A stretch of 64,000 bases of DNA from Candidatus Bathyarchaeia archaeon (GCA_038883715.1 JAVZLS010000002.1:37223-101222); one strand, 5' to 3'; shown: positions 34,577-44,129, counted from the first letter of the stretch. Notes: a model not told the origin generated them from the sequence alone. Made by a program: numbers and translations.

Positions 34577-35637
34577 ACAACCCCGGTTATTTTCGCAATT
34601 CTTTCGCATTCTTCAAGGCTTAGGTCTAACTTGTTAAGGATTGTGTAGCGTTCAGGTCTTATTGATGATGCCATAAACAAGGCTTTAACCGCATCGTCTT
34701 TCGCCAAACCAAGTTCGTAGGCGTTGGTTGGCGCTCCAACTGTTTTTAGGGTTTCCCTTATGCGCTTCCAGTCTGTGCCATGCAGATAAGCCATAATAAT
34801 TGTTCCTATACCGCACTGCTCGCCGTGAAGGGCGTTGTTAGGCTTTATGAGGTCTAGGGCGTGGCTGAACAAGTGTTCTGCACCGCTGCATGGGCGGCTG
34901 CTCCCAGCAATGCTCATGGCTACTCCACAGCTTATTAGGGCTTCGAGAAGCACGCGCAAGCCTTCCTCGTTTTCTGGTTTTATAAGGCTGGCGTTTCGCA
35001 TCACGAGCCTCGCGCTCATTAGGGCTAGGCTTGCGGCGTACTCCCCATAATACTCGTTCTTATCCATGCTTGCAAGCTTCCAGTCTCTCACAGCTGTGAA
35101 CTTTGCAATGACGTCTCCGCAACCACTTGCAATAAAACGGTGAGGCGTCTGTGCAATTATTTTTGTGTCAGCTATTATGGCTACCGGGGCTTGAGCCATT
35201 ACCGAAAAAGGTTTTTCAAGACCTTTAACAGACGACAATGGGCTTGCAATCCCATCATGAGAGGCTGTTGTTGGAACACTTATGAAGGGCACCTTTTGCC
35301 GGGCAGAGCTTAACTTTGCAATGTCGATTTTTGTTCCACCGCCCACGCCAAAAACCACCTGAGGTTTTAAGGCTCTAATTTCTTCTTCAACAGCTTCCAC
35401 ATCTTTTATGGTGGCTGACTCCACAATGAGCGTTTTGGCTTGTACTCCCTCTTTTTCAAGAATTTCCTCAACAATTTTCCCGGCAATGTTGTGGGTTTTC
35501 CTCCCAGTAATTACTAGGGCGGATTCCGTGAAACCCAGCCTTCTGGATATTTCTGCAGTTTGTTCTATTACGCCTTCTCCGACAATAACCTCCCTTGGAA
35601 GCTGCATCCAGTGGCGTTTTAAAGGCAAACCAATCAC
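34573..35637 (-). CDS. egsA: sn-glycerol-1-phosphate dehydrogenase
   Basis: Iron-ADH/DHQS-like fold with GVGGGTKIDIAK, DGIAS and HGEQCG motifs, as in archaeal G1PDH. The start may instead be the ATG at 35607 (MQLPREV). Confidence 0.85.
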   Translation of the reverse strand: MIGLPLKRHWMQLPREVIVGEGVIEQTAEISRRLGFTESALVITGRKTHNIAGKIVEEILEKEGVQAKTLIVESATIKDVEAVEEEIRALKPQVVFGVGGGTKIDIAKLSSARQKVPFISVPTTASHDGIASPLSSVKGLEKPFSVMAQAPVAIIADTKIIAQTPHRFIASGCGDVIAKFTAVRDWKLASMDKNEYYGEYAASLALMSARLVMRNASLIKPENEEGLRVLLEALISCGVAMSIAGSSRPCSGAEHLFSHALDLIKPNNALHGEQCGIGTIIMAYLHGTDWKRIRETLKTVGAPTNAYELGLAKDDAVKALFMASSIRPERYTILNKLDLSLEECERIAKITGVV

Positions 35638-35775
35638 TTGCTGAGACTTTTCCTCTCAAATGATATGATTGTGGCTCTTAAAACCCTTTTTCAAAGCAAC
35701 GCTTCAGCCTGGTATTTTAACTATGAATTTTAGTTTCATAACCGATAAGAATCCAGAATTTAAAACCCTATCATC

Positions 35776-35937
35776 ATGTCTGATAGGGCGACGATTGAGA
35801 AGGGAAAATGTAAACATTGCTGTATGAGGTGCGGCAAGGAAATATCAAAGGATGAGTATGAAGAGTTCGATGGTTTCTGCGAAGAGTGCTATTGGGCGGA
35901 GGAAGACGAGCTAACAGAAGAAGAGGACATAATCTAG
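35776..35937 (+). CDS. Possible 53-aa zinc-ribbon protein with acidic tail
   Basis: Hand translation gives MSDRATIEKGKCKHCCMRCGKEISKDEYEEFDGFCEECYWAEEDELTEEEDII-stop, with paired CxxC motifs. It competes with a featureless 64-aa minus-strand ORF. Confidence 0.35.
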   Translation: MSDRATIEKGKCKHCCMRCGKEISKDEYEEFDGFCEECYWAEEDELTEEEDII

Positions 35938-36063
35938 AGGCTTTAAAACGTTTATAGATGAATTGCATTTTCGAAGCGTAATATTAATAAGCTTCATGGC
36001 GTGATTAAATGATGCTACTTCCTAGCGAAGTAAATTTGGCGATGTGTTTAGGTTTTGGGAGAA

Positions 36064-36714
36064 ATGCGTAAAATGTTAAACAGCAACGTAGTTGATAAGT
36101 TGACGTTGAAGGGAACGACAACCATAGGGGTTGTCTGCAAAGATGGAGTAATCCTAGCCTCGGACACCCGTGTAACCATGGGATTCTATGTAGCCCACAA
36201 ACATGGGAAGAAAATATACAAGATAGACGACCACATGGCGATGACCATTGCTGGAACAGTCGCTGACGCCCAAAGAACAGTGGACATTTTAACGGCTAAC
36301 GCCCAACTTTACAAGATAAACATGGGAAGACCAATGCCCATAAGCTCAGCGGCAAGGCTAATGGCAAACCTCCTATTCTCAACCCGGTACATACCACTAG
36401 CAACCCAAGTCCTAATAGGCGGCGTCGACGACACTGGACCTCATGTCTTCTCCATAGACCCCTTCGGAAGCCTAACTGAGGAGAAATGCGTTGCCACCGG
36501 TTCCGGCTCTCCAATAGCCTACGGCGTTTTGGAGGACAAGTTCCGAGAGGGCATGTCAGTGGCTGAAGCTTTACCAATAATTATTAGGGCCGTTGACTCA
36601 GCCATGAAAAGGGACTCAGCTAGCGGAGACAGCTTTAACGTGGCAGTTGTAGACGCTAACGGTTATAGAGAATTAACAGAAGAGGAGAAGAGGAAACTTT
36701 TAGCTGCAAACTAG
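36064..36714 (+). CDS. psmB: Proteasome subunit beta
   Basis: A propeptide is followed by the LKGTTTIGV active-site Thr context. The start is the first ATG; the ORF-track TTG at 36055 is less likely. Confidence 0.9.
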   Translation: MRKMLNSNVVDKLTLKGTTTIGVVCKDGVILASDTRVTMGFYVAHKHGKKIYKIDDHMAMTIAGTVADAQRTVDILTANAQLYKINMGRPMPISSAARLMANLLFSTRYIPLATQVLIGGVDDTGPHVFSIDPFGSLTEEKCVATGSGSPIAYGVLEDKFREGMSVAEALPIIIRAVDSAMKRDSASGDSFNVAVVDANGYRELTEEEKRKLLAAN

Positions 36715-36732
36715 AAAAGGGAAGTCTAAAAG

Positions 36733-38652
36733 TTGGCGCCCAACACTGAAAGGGAGAAAATCGAAATAAGTAAATACATACTTGAGCATGTCCCAAAAGA
36801 GGCTGAAGTCACAAGGGTAGAATATGAAGGCCCAATGCTGGCGGTCTACGCAAAAAGACCGGAAATCCTCGTGGAGCAGAGCAGCCTAATCGCAGACATA
36901 GTAAACGTCATCAGAAAAAGAATAGTCGTCCGCTCAGACCCATCTGTAAGGCTTCCAGAGAAAGAAGCAGAGAAAATAGCTCGAGAAATAATTCCGCCAG
37001 AGGCTGAAGTCACAGACGTGTACTTTGATCCAAGTCTTGGCGAAATAATCATTGAGGCTAAAAAGCCGGGGCTAGTCATTGGAAAAAATGGGGCTGTCTT
37101 GCAGGAAATTATAAAGAGGACAAAGTGGCGCCCCCATGTTTTGAGAAGCCCACCGCTTCGCTCTAAGATTATTGCGCACATGCGTCACTATCTCCATTCT
37201 GAGAGCAAGGAAAGGGAGCGGAACCTCCGCACATTTGGCGAAAGAATCTTCAGACCAAAAGTCTTCGAGGTCGGAGATGTTCGAATCACGCCCTTAGGCG
37301 GCGTTCAAGAGGTTGGACGCTCGGCTTTTCTTGTGCAGACAAGAGAAAGCAACATCCTCTTGGACTGCGGCATAAATCCGGGCTCGTCGAAGCCTTTTGA
37401 GGCTTTTCCAAGGTTTGACCATCCAGCTTTCGAGATAGACTCGCTGGACGCTGTTGTTATAAGCCACGCCCACCTCGACCACTGCGGCTTAGTGCCATTC
37501 CTATACAAGTATGGCTACGAAGGCCCCGTTTACTGTTCCGCTCCAACATCCAACCTCATGACCCTGCTTCAGCTTGACTATTTAGATGTGGCTAGCAAGC
37601 AGGGTATAATCCCGCCCTATGACCAAAAGGATGTTCGAGAATGCGTCCTTCACACGATTCCGCTTCGTTACGGCGTTGTAACGGATATTGCCCCAGACGT
37701 GCGGCTGACACTGCATAATGCCGGGCACATTTTAGGCTCTTCAATAGTGCATTTGCACATTGGCGAAGGCTTGCACAACATTGTTTATACTGGTGACTAC
37801 AAGTATGCGCGAACCATGCTTCTAGAGGCGGCAACAGCCGAATTTCCAAGAGTTGAAACTGTCATAACTGAAAGCACTTATGGCGGTTCGGAGGACATAA
37901 TGCCTTCAAGGGTTGAGGCTGAAGAACGTCTAACAAAAATAGTAAATGAAACCCTAGAGAAAAGAGGCAAGGTCTTAATTCCAGTTCCAGCTGTTGGCAG
38001 AGCGCAAGAAATAATGCTTGTTTTGGACGGCTACATGAAGCGTGGGCTGATGAAGGAGGCTCCAGTCTTCATTGAAGGTATGATTTCTGAAGCTACGGCA
38101 ATCCACACGGCTTATCCAGAATACTTGGGCAGGGAAGTCAGAAACAGCATCCTCCACGATGGGGTGAACCCCTTCGAGTCGGACTACTTCACAGTTGTTG
38201 AGCATCCAAGCGTTAGACAAAGCGTGATTGACGGAGAGCCGTGCATAATCATGGCTACTTCAGGCATGCTTGAGGGCGGACCAGTAATAGAATACTTCAA
38301 AAGCCTAGCAGAAAATGAGATAAACACTATAGTCTTTGTAAGCTACCAGATTGAGGGCACTTTAGGTAGACGTGTTCAAAAGGGCATAAACGAGGTGGCA
38401 ATGATTGACAGCGAGGGCAAAATGAGTGTTGTAAAAGTGAGGATGCGTGTAGAATCCATAGAAGGCTTTTCGGGGCACTCTGATAGGCGGCAGATAATAA
38501 ACTACATAACACATCTGAAGCCTAGGCCAGAACGGGTAATAGTTTGCCACGGTGAGCGGGCAAAAATAGCCAGCATATCCAATTTCATAGAGAAAAAGTG
38601 TGGAATCCAGAGCTTTGCGCCCGCGGTTATGGAAACAATTAGGCTGCTGTAG
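36733..38652 (+). CDS. aCPSF1 beta-CASP ribonuclease (KH domains plus metallo-beta-lactamase; FttA-type termination factor)
   Basis: Two N-terminal KH-like domains, the HAHLDHCG motif, and beta-CASP plus C-terminal motifs. 639 aa with a TTG start. Confidence 0.9.
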   Translation: MAPNTEREKIEISKYILEHVPKEAEVTRVEYEGPMLAVYAKRPEILVEQSSLIADIVNVIRKRIVVRSDPSVRLPEKEAEKIAREIIPPEAEVTDVYFDPSLGEIIIEAKKPGLVIGKNGAVLQEIIKRTKWRPHVLRSPPLRSKIIAHMRHYLHSESKERERNLRTFGERIFRPKVFEVGDVRITPLGGVQEVGRSAFLVQTRESNILLDCGINPGSSKPFEAFPRFDHPAFEIDSLDAVVISHAHLDHCGLVPFLYKYGYEGPVYCSAPTSNLMTLLQLDYLDVASKQGIIPPYDQKDVRECVLHTIPLRYGVVTDIAPDVRLTLHNAGHILGSSIVHLHIGEGLHNIVYTGDYKYARTMLLEAATAEFPRVETVITESTYGGSEDIMPSRVEAEERLTKIVNETLEKRGKVLIPVPAVGRAQEIMLVLDGYMKRGLMKEAPVFIEGMISEATAIHTAYPEYLGREVRNSILHDGVNPFESDYFTVVEHPSVRQSVIDGEPCIIMATSGMLEGGPVIEYFKSLAENEINTIVFVSYQIEGTLGRRVQKGINEVAMIDSEGKMSVVKVRMRVESIEGFSGHSDRRQIINYITHLKPRPERVIVCHGERAKIASISNFIEKKCGIQSFAPAVMETIRLL

Positions 38653-39010
38653 CTATAGGCTCGCTTGCCACCGGCGTTTTCTCTCTCCAAATTCTCACGT
38701 TAGGCGGACAAATAACCACACGTTCCTCGCCTAGGCGGGCTATGTCTCCGCCGACAGACTCAACAAACTCGCATAACTCGTTAACAGCCTTCTTAACATC
38801 GTCCACGCTCTTATTTGCGAGAGGAGTTATCCTAAGAATTAGTATGTTTCCGGAGCGCACCTCCTTCTTAACAACGTCCAAGTCGGATAAGTCTCGAAGG
38901 GGCATAGCCTTCAAGAAGGTTTTGCCGGGCTTCTCCTTGGCTTCCGTTTTCGGCGTTTCCGCCTTTCCCTCTTTCTTGTATTTGCGGAAGAGTTCACCTA
39001 AACCCGGCAA
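38639..39010 (-). CDS. sepF: SepF-like cell division protein
   Basis: The C-terminal domain is VVKKEVRSGNILILRITPL...VNELCEFVESVGGDIARLGEERVVICPPNVRI. The TTG start is preceded by GAGAGGAG. Confidence 0.7.
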   Translation of the reverse strand: MPGLGELFRKYKKEGKAETPKTEAKEKPGKTFLKAMPLRDLSDLDVVKKEVRSGNILILRITPLANKSVDDVKKAVNELCEFVESVGGDIARLGEERVVICPPNVRIWREKTPVASEPIATAA

Positions 39011-39157
39011 ACTTCTCCTCTCTACTAAGCCCTTTATAACCTATTTACCCCTTTTAAGAGTTTAAGCGTTTCCTTATCGAATGGTGCTCTGAACCTAAAA
39101 TACAGATTAGTGTTAATAGGTTTATGAATCTAAAATGTGGATTTGAACTTACTTTTG

Positions 39158-39664
39158 CTATGCACTTGCCAACTCCTTTATAGTTTTCCAGACTTTATCG
39201 CCAACGTAGTGGACGTTTTTGACCACAACGCCATGCTTAACTCCAGCAGCCTCCCCTGAGTTGTAAAGGATTTCGCCTACAGCAATAGGCTTGCCATGTT
39301 TCTCATCCACAACCAAAGCCACGTCGCCTCTCAAAAATTCTCTTTCAAAGCGTAGAATTCCAGGAGCCATCACATCTGCGCCATTACAAATGTGAGGGAC
39401 AGCCCCCATGTCCACGACAACCCTTGGCAAAAAACCGAAAACTTCTTTGAAAAGGAGGGTTGGGTAAACGTTTTCTCCGCTTTTGAAAAGTGCTGGTTCT
39501 CCATTTATGAGGTAAATCTCGCCAAAATCTGCTTCAACAACCTCCACTTTTGGAGTACTTGCAAAGCACTTTTTCAAAGCTATTTTCAGCCTTTTTGAGG
39601 CTTTTTCCAAAAGATTCCTAGCCTCTTTATCCTTTAGGAAATGCCTTTTAAACCTTTTAGACAT
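39158..39664 (-). CDS. PUA-domain RNA-binding protein (MCT-1/Tma20-like archaeal type)
   Basis: The C-terminal PUA pattern is VVVDMGAVPHICNGADVMAPGI...GDVALVVDEKHGKPIAVGE. Confidence 0.75.
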   Translation of the reverse strand: MSKRFKRHFLKDKEARNLLEKASKRLKIALKKCFASTPKVEVVEADFGEIYLINGEPALFKSGENVYPTLLFKEVFGFLPRVVVDMGAVPHICNGADVMAPGILRFEREFLRGDVALVVDEKHGKPIAVGEILYNSGEAAGVKHGVVVKNVHYVGDKVWKTIKELASA

Positions 39665-39745
39665 AGTTTTCCGCTTCTCGCTTAGATAGGTTTAAATGGT
39701 ATAATTTAAGTATAAAAAGGGTAAATGTCTAATTGAGGTCTGCGA

Positions 39746-39973
39746 ATGAGCGAGATGACTACCGAAATCCTTGAGCAGAACCTTGGAAAAATAGTGCTTG
39801 TAAGGTTGAAGGGTGGAAAAAGCCTCAGGGGAAGATTGAAGGGCTTTGACCAACACTTAAACCTTGTTCTTGAGGATACGGAAGACACGACGGATGCTGA
39901 AAACACTAAGAAGCTCGGCTTAATAATTGTCCGCGGAGACAACGTCGTTCTAATATCGCCGCCGCCTAGGTGA
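39746..39973 (+). CDS. Sm-like (LSm/SmAP) protein
   Basis: Sm1 and Sm2 motifs: [30 protein letters not shown]...[13 protein letters not shown]. Confidence 0.9.
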   Translation: MSEMTTEILEQNLGKIVLVRLKGGKSLRGRLKGFDQHLNLVLEDTEDTTDAENTKKLGLIIVRGDNVVLISPPPR

Positions 39974-40167
39974 AAATTTTGGGAAAGGGAACACCTTCCT
40001 TTGGGAAACGTGCTGGCAAAACGCTTCACATACGCTGTAGGCGTTGTGGAAGGAGAGCCTACAACGTTTCTAAAAAGCGGTGTGCTGCATGCGGCTATGG
40101 GGCGTCAACAACTATTAGGCGCTATTCTTGGCAGACTAAAAACCTTAACAGGGAAAGAATCCGCTAA
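39970..40167 (+). CDS. rpl37e: Ribosomal protein eL37
   Basis: [10 protein letters not shown] plus the CRRCGRRAY...CAACGY zinc ribbon. The GTG start overlaps the LSm stop (GTGA). LSm-L37e linkage is typical of archaea. Confidence 0.9.
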   Translation: MKILGKGTPSFGKRAGKTLHIRCRRCGRRAYNVSKKRCAACGYGASTTIRRYSWQTKNLNRERIR

Positions 40168-40778
40168 AACTCGTTGTTGTTATAGTAGCCCTTATCAATT
40201 CTGACGAATATGAGCGGTCCTTTGCTTCTTGTTAGTTCCCTAGCCTTGCGCAAAGTGTTGTTTACGACGTTTAGCACTTGTTCTTGATCGCTTGCGTACT
40301 TCCTCTTGTTTTCGCCTAACTCCATTTTTAGGAGGTTTTCAGCCAAAATTGCTGTTCCGCAGATTTCGCCGTTCTTGATAAGGGTTGATATGACGACTTC
40401 TTGCATTTCTCTGCGGTTGGTAAGCCTCCTCCATATGGGTTCTGCATTGTTTAGGATTTTTGTCACTTTGTTCCACTTTTGGGCTTCCTCGTTGCCTATT
40501 AGAAGTTTTACCCTCTCCCCCCACTTTTTCAACCATATGCCAGTCCACAAGTCTATGAACTCTTCAAGCTCTTTAGGCTCTTTCTGATAGAACTCTTCAA
40601 GCTTGTCAGCGAGTTCAAACTCGTTCGCCTCCTTGCCCACAAGGTTCCAGTAAACCTTCAAATAGTTGGTGAAGTCTTGGCATGCTATCTGCAAAACCTT
40701 CCGGTCAGCGCCGAAAATATCCAGCATTGGATTTTTGCTCTTCAACTTCTCAGACAACAGTACCTCGATGAAATTCAT
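40164..40778 (-). CDS. Hypothetical protein
   Basis: 204-aa ORF that looks helical, with normal composition. No family recognised. Confidence 0.45.
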   Translation of the reverse strand: MNFIEVLLSEKLKSKNPMLDIFGADRKVLQIACQDFTNYLKVYWNLVGKEANEFELADKLEEFYQKEPKELEEFIDLWTGIWLKKWGERVKLLIGNEEAQKWNKVTKILNNAEPIWRRLTNRREMQEVVISTLIKNGEICGTAILAENLLKMELGENKRKYASDQEQVLNVVNNTLRKARELTRSKGPLIFVRIDKGYYNNNEF

Positions 40779-40899
40779 TGTTTTCGAAGCCCTCTCCGCT
40801 CTAATACTAAGATTAAAGTTTTAATTAAGCTTTATTTATGGTTGCTTCTATAACATTCTTAAGTAATTTTCAACCATATTGCATGTTCCGTAATATTCC

Positions 40900-41550
40900 C
40901 TAACAAAGAAATTTTGGGAGCTCGCTGAAGTCCCTAATGATTAGGTCAGGCTTTTCATTTTCTAATTCTTCCCTCGTGAATATTCCGGACAAGACGGCGA
41001 CCGTTTTCGCACCAGCATTTTTTCCAGCCTTAATATCTGCGACGGAATCGCCTACGATAGCACATTCGCCTACTTTAACGCCTATCCGCTCAGCGCAGTC
41101 AACCAGCGCCTTAGGAGAAGGCTTCGGAAATCTCGTGTTCAATGCTGTCACAACACATTGGAAATATTTGGCTAAGCCCACCTTCTCCAGCCACTTTCCA
41201 ATATTTTCGCATGGGACATAACGCATTGTTAATAGTGCAAGCCTAGCCTTTCTTGAAAGCATCTCAAGAGTTTTCTGCGTGTTTGGCAATAGTTTTGCCT
41301 TGTCTTCAGCAATCCTATAATAAGCCTCAAGATAGGCTTCTAGAAATTTTTCAATGTTTATTTTTGGCAATAAATCCTTTATTGGTAGGTTCTGCTCTAG
41401 TCTTCTCGGAATCTCTAAAATCAAGCTGGGGTTAAACTCTTTTACGCCAAGCTTTTCTAGGGCTTTTGCTAGGGCTTCGTGGTAGGCTTCTCTTGAATCT
41501 ACAAGTGTGCCGTCCAAGTCTATGATTATCCCTTTAACTTTCAGCTTCAT
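40900..41550 (-). CDS. HAD-superfamily hydrolase (phosphoglycolate phosphatase-like)
   Basis: HAD motifs IIDLDGTLVDS, a T/S motif (LTM) and GDSVADIKAGKNAG. Confidence 0.85.
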   Translation of the reverse strand: MKLKVKGIIIDLDGTLVDSREAYHEALAKALEKLGVKEFNPSLILEIPRRLEQNLPIKDLLPKINIEKFLEAYLEAYYRIAEDKAKLLPNTQKTLEMLSRKARLALLTMRYVPCENIGKWLEKVGLAKYFQCVVTALNTRFPKPSPKALVDCAERIGVKVGECAIVGDSVADIKAGKNAGAKTVAVLSGIFTREELENEKPDLIIRDFSELPKFLC

Positions 41551-41638
41551 TCCTCTGCCTCTTTTGCCAGTTTACGCGCCTCTTGTTTCGATAAGTTTTT
41601 ATCTATGGTTTATTGTCTAAAAGGATACCCGCTAAAAA

Positions 41639-41646
41639 GTATAAAA
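41639..41646 (+). promoter_or_regulatory. Candidate TATA box (GTATAAAA) for a leaderless rps10 transcript
   Basis: Centred about 29 nt upstream of the ATG at 41672 and preceded by an A-rich BRE-like GCTAAAAA. Confidence 0.4.
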
Positions 41647-41671
41647 GGTTGAAGGTTTGGAGTATTAGGCT

Positions 41672-41980
41672 ATGGTTAGGAAGGCGCGGATACGCTTAAC
41701 AAGCACAGACTACAAGAAGCTTGAGGAAGTGTGCCAAGAGCTTAAGGCAATAGCTGAAAAGACAGGGGTGAAAATGGTTGGGCCTATCCCATTGCCAACC
41801 AAGAGGCTTAAGGTTCCAGTTTTGAAGTCTCCATGCGGCGAAGGAACATCCACATGGGACAAGTGGGAGCTGCGCATCCACAAACGCTTGGTGGACATTG
41901 ACGCTGAAGAACGTGCCATGAGAAGGATTATGCGTATCCGTGTCCCGGAGGAAGTGCACGTAACAATAGAGCTTCTCTAG
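41672..41980 (+). CDS. rps10: Ribosomal protein uS10
   Basis: [17 protein letters not shown]...[18 protein letters not shown]...[15 protein letters not shown] is a full-length S10 pattern. Confidence 0.95.
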   Translation: MVRKARIRLTSTDYKKLEEVCQELKAIAEKTGVKMVGPIPLPTKRLKVPVLKSPCGEGTSTWDKWELRIHKRLVDIDAEERAMRRIMRIRVPEEVHVTIELL

Positions 41981-41998
41981 TTTTATGTTTCGTGCCTT

Positions 41999-42808
41999 TT
42001 ACAAGAGTATGAAGGATATTATTGTTAAGATTAGGCTTATGATAAAGGCCAAAGCCCAAACAGCCTTGTTCCAGAAGAAGATTTTAAAGCCGTCGAGCAT
42101 TCCGAAGGGTATGAGATTGAGAAAGGCTATCCAAGCGTTTATCGCGAAACCTAGAAGGAACAGATATGTAAGGTTGCCGGTTGGTGCAAAATGCGTCGCT
42201 AGAAGAAACCCTAAGGATAATATGATGTTTGTTAATGGTCCAGCTATGGAGATTTTCCCGAGGTTTCTTTTGCTGGTTAACCCTGATACGACCACCGCTC
42301 CGGGCGATATAATCTTGAAGAGGGGCGAAACGATGGATATAGCTGTTAATATTAGGCCGAAAAGCATTATTCTGAATTCCGCCCATAAACCGCTTTTTTG
42401 AGCTGTGAATTTGTGGGATAGTTCGTGGATTAGGAAGGATGCCGTAACTATAACTCCAAACGCGAATAGCATGGGGATGCCTCCAATATTTTGGATCATG
42501 GTTGGCGACATTCCTAGGGATAGTCCTATGCCCAAAACAAGTAGTGCTGCCACCGCTAGGTGTGTGACCTCTTTAGCGCTGAATCGAATCTGCCTTCTAG
42601 TTTCTATTGGAATGTATGTGATTGTGTACTCGATTGGCTTCCATGCTTGAGGGAATAGTGTCCGCTCTTCTTTTGCTGGGGCTCTTGCCGACTCGATTTT
42701 TGGGCATTCATGGTTTTCCGGTAAGCGGTGCTCAGTGCAGAAGTATCCTCCACAGTAGGGACACCTAAACGGCAGAAAGGTTTCTGTTCCACATTTTTGA
42801 CACTTCAT
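41999..42808 (-). CDS. AN1-type zinc finger fused to an M50/site-2-protease-like membrane metalloprotease
   Basis: The N-terminal AN1 finger reads CQKCGTETFLPFRCPYCGGYFCTEHRLPENHEC. The TM domain carries HELSH and NLIPFGMLDG. Confidence 0.8.
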   Translation of the reverse strand: MKCQKCGTETFLPFRCPYCGGYFCTEHRLPENHECPKIESARAPAKEERTLFPQAWKPIEYTITYIPIETRRQIRFSAKEVTHLAVAALLVLGIGLSLGMSPTMIQNIGGIPMLFAFGVIVTASFLIHELSHKFTAQKSGLWAEFRIMLFGLILTAISIVSPLFKIISPGAVVVSGLTSKRNLGKISIAGPLTNIILSLGFLLATHFAPTGNLTYLFLLGFAINAWIAFLNLIPFGMLDGFKIFFWNKAVWALAFIISLILTIISFILL

Positions 42809-42926
42809 TTTTGTGGCGCCCTTTAACCGCTTAAAATGGCTTTTTACTCTTTATATGTTTCTATCGGCGATGGGTTAAACGTTAATAAGGGTATGCGTCC
42901 AGTTAATTTGGAAGGGTGGAGAAAGC

Positions 42927-44129
42927 GTGAAGGCTTTCAGTTTCGTTCATGCGGCAGACTTACATTTGGGCTATTCACAGTATGGTTTAGAAGTGAGACG
43001 TGAAGACTTTGACAAGGCATTTAAGGAGCTTGTTGACAAAACCCTTGAGCTAAAACCCGCATTCCTCATAATTGCCGGAGACCTTTTTCACAATGCCAGG
43101 CCATCCAACGTCACATTGGAGAACGCCATAAAAAACTTTAGCAGGCTGCGGGAGGCTGGCATTCCAGTGCTGGTTGTTGACGGTTCCCATGACTCGGCGC
43201 CAAACGTTGTCACAAGCACTATCCTTAACCCGTTGGACAGTGCTGGGCTTATCTATTATCTGCCACGGCATGAGGGGGCTTGTTGGCGGAAACCTGAATG
43301 CTGCTACGTTTACGGAGTGCCCAACTATCGGACTAGGCGTAAAACCGAAGAGATGCTTCCAGCCTTTATGGAGCAGAACAAGCCAACGCCAGACCCTTCG
43401 CTTTTTAACATTTTCGTCTTCCACATGGCACTTGACCTTCCAGAGGTTAACCCGCCATACATAGAGGCTGAAGCTCCCGTTGAGCTTATACCCGAAGGCT
43501 TCAATTATTATGCCGGCGGGCACGTTCACAAACCTTACATGGGAAAGCTCAAAACTGGATTGTTGGTTTATCCCGGAAGCACTGAGACAATAAATTATGA
43601 CGAGGCTGGGAACGAGAAGGGCTTTTACTACGTGGAAGTGAACGAGAAGGGGGAGGCTAACTCACAGTTCATAAAATTGGAGTCTCCCCGCAAGTTTGTT
43701 GTTTTAGAGCAAGATTTTACTGGCGTTACAGCATCGAAAATCACCGAGCTTGCTGTCCAACTTGTGAAGGGCGCTGATGTGGAGGGCGCTGTGCTTATTC
43801 CAGTTTTGCGTGGTGTCTTGCCAGTTGAGGCTAGCCGTGCAGAAGTTGACGTCGCCCAAATTCGGGGCGCCGCCGAGAAAGCTTTACTTGTCCATCCAGT
43901 GGTTTTGCTGCGGGAAAGCGAGGTTCCAGAGACCGTTGTTCGCTCCATATTCGAAAGCGAAATTAAGGATTTGAAAACGAAAAGCTTCGAATATTTCTTG
44001 CAAATTTTCTCTGAACGCTACAGTCGGGAAGAAGCCGAAAAAATCGCCAAGGCTGCTGTTAACTTGATTGAGCCGCTTTCCAAAAAGCAGGACGAGAAGG
44101 TTAAGCAGATTTTGGAGGAGCTTATCTAA
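42927..44129 (+). CDS. mre11: DNA double-strand break repair nuclease Mre11
   Basis: Phosphoesterase motifs HAADLHLG, AGDLFH, DGSHD and GGHVH. The GTG start is preceded by GGTGGAG. Confidence 0.85.
   Translation: MKAFSFVHAADLHLGYSQYGLEVRREDFDKAFKELVDKTLELKPAFLIIAGDLFHNARPSNVTLENAIKNFSRLREAGIPVLVVDGSHDSAPNVVTSTILNPLDSAGLIYYLPRHEGACWRKPECCYVYGVPNYRTRRKTEEMLPAFMEQNKPTPDPSLFNIFVFHMALDLPEVNPPYIEAEAPVELIPEGFNYYAGGHVHKPYMGKLKTGLLVYPGSTETINYDEAGNEKGFYYVEVNEKGEANSQFIKLESPRKFVVLEQDFTGVTASKITELAVQLVKGADVEGAVLIPVLRGVLPVEASRAEVDVAQIRGAAEKALLVHPVVLLRESEVPETVVRSIFESEIKDLKTKSFEYFLQIFSERYSREEAEKIAKAAVNLIEPLSKKQDEKVKQILEELI

Noticed and set aside
35774-35968. 64-aa minus-strand ORF from the track
   Set aside because: It has no motifs and no RBS. 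The plus-strand 53-codon zinc-ribbon ORF at the same locus is more protein-like, although still unproven.
43050-43529. 159-aa minus-strand ORF inside mre11. The same applies to ORFs at 44282..45045 and 45855..46197 inside rad50.
   Set aside because: These are antisense to genes with complete catalytic motif sets and have no features of their own.
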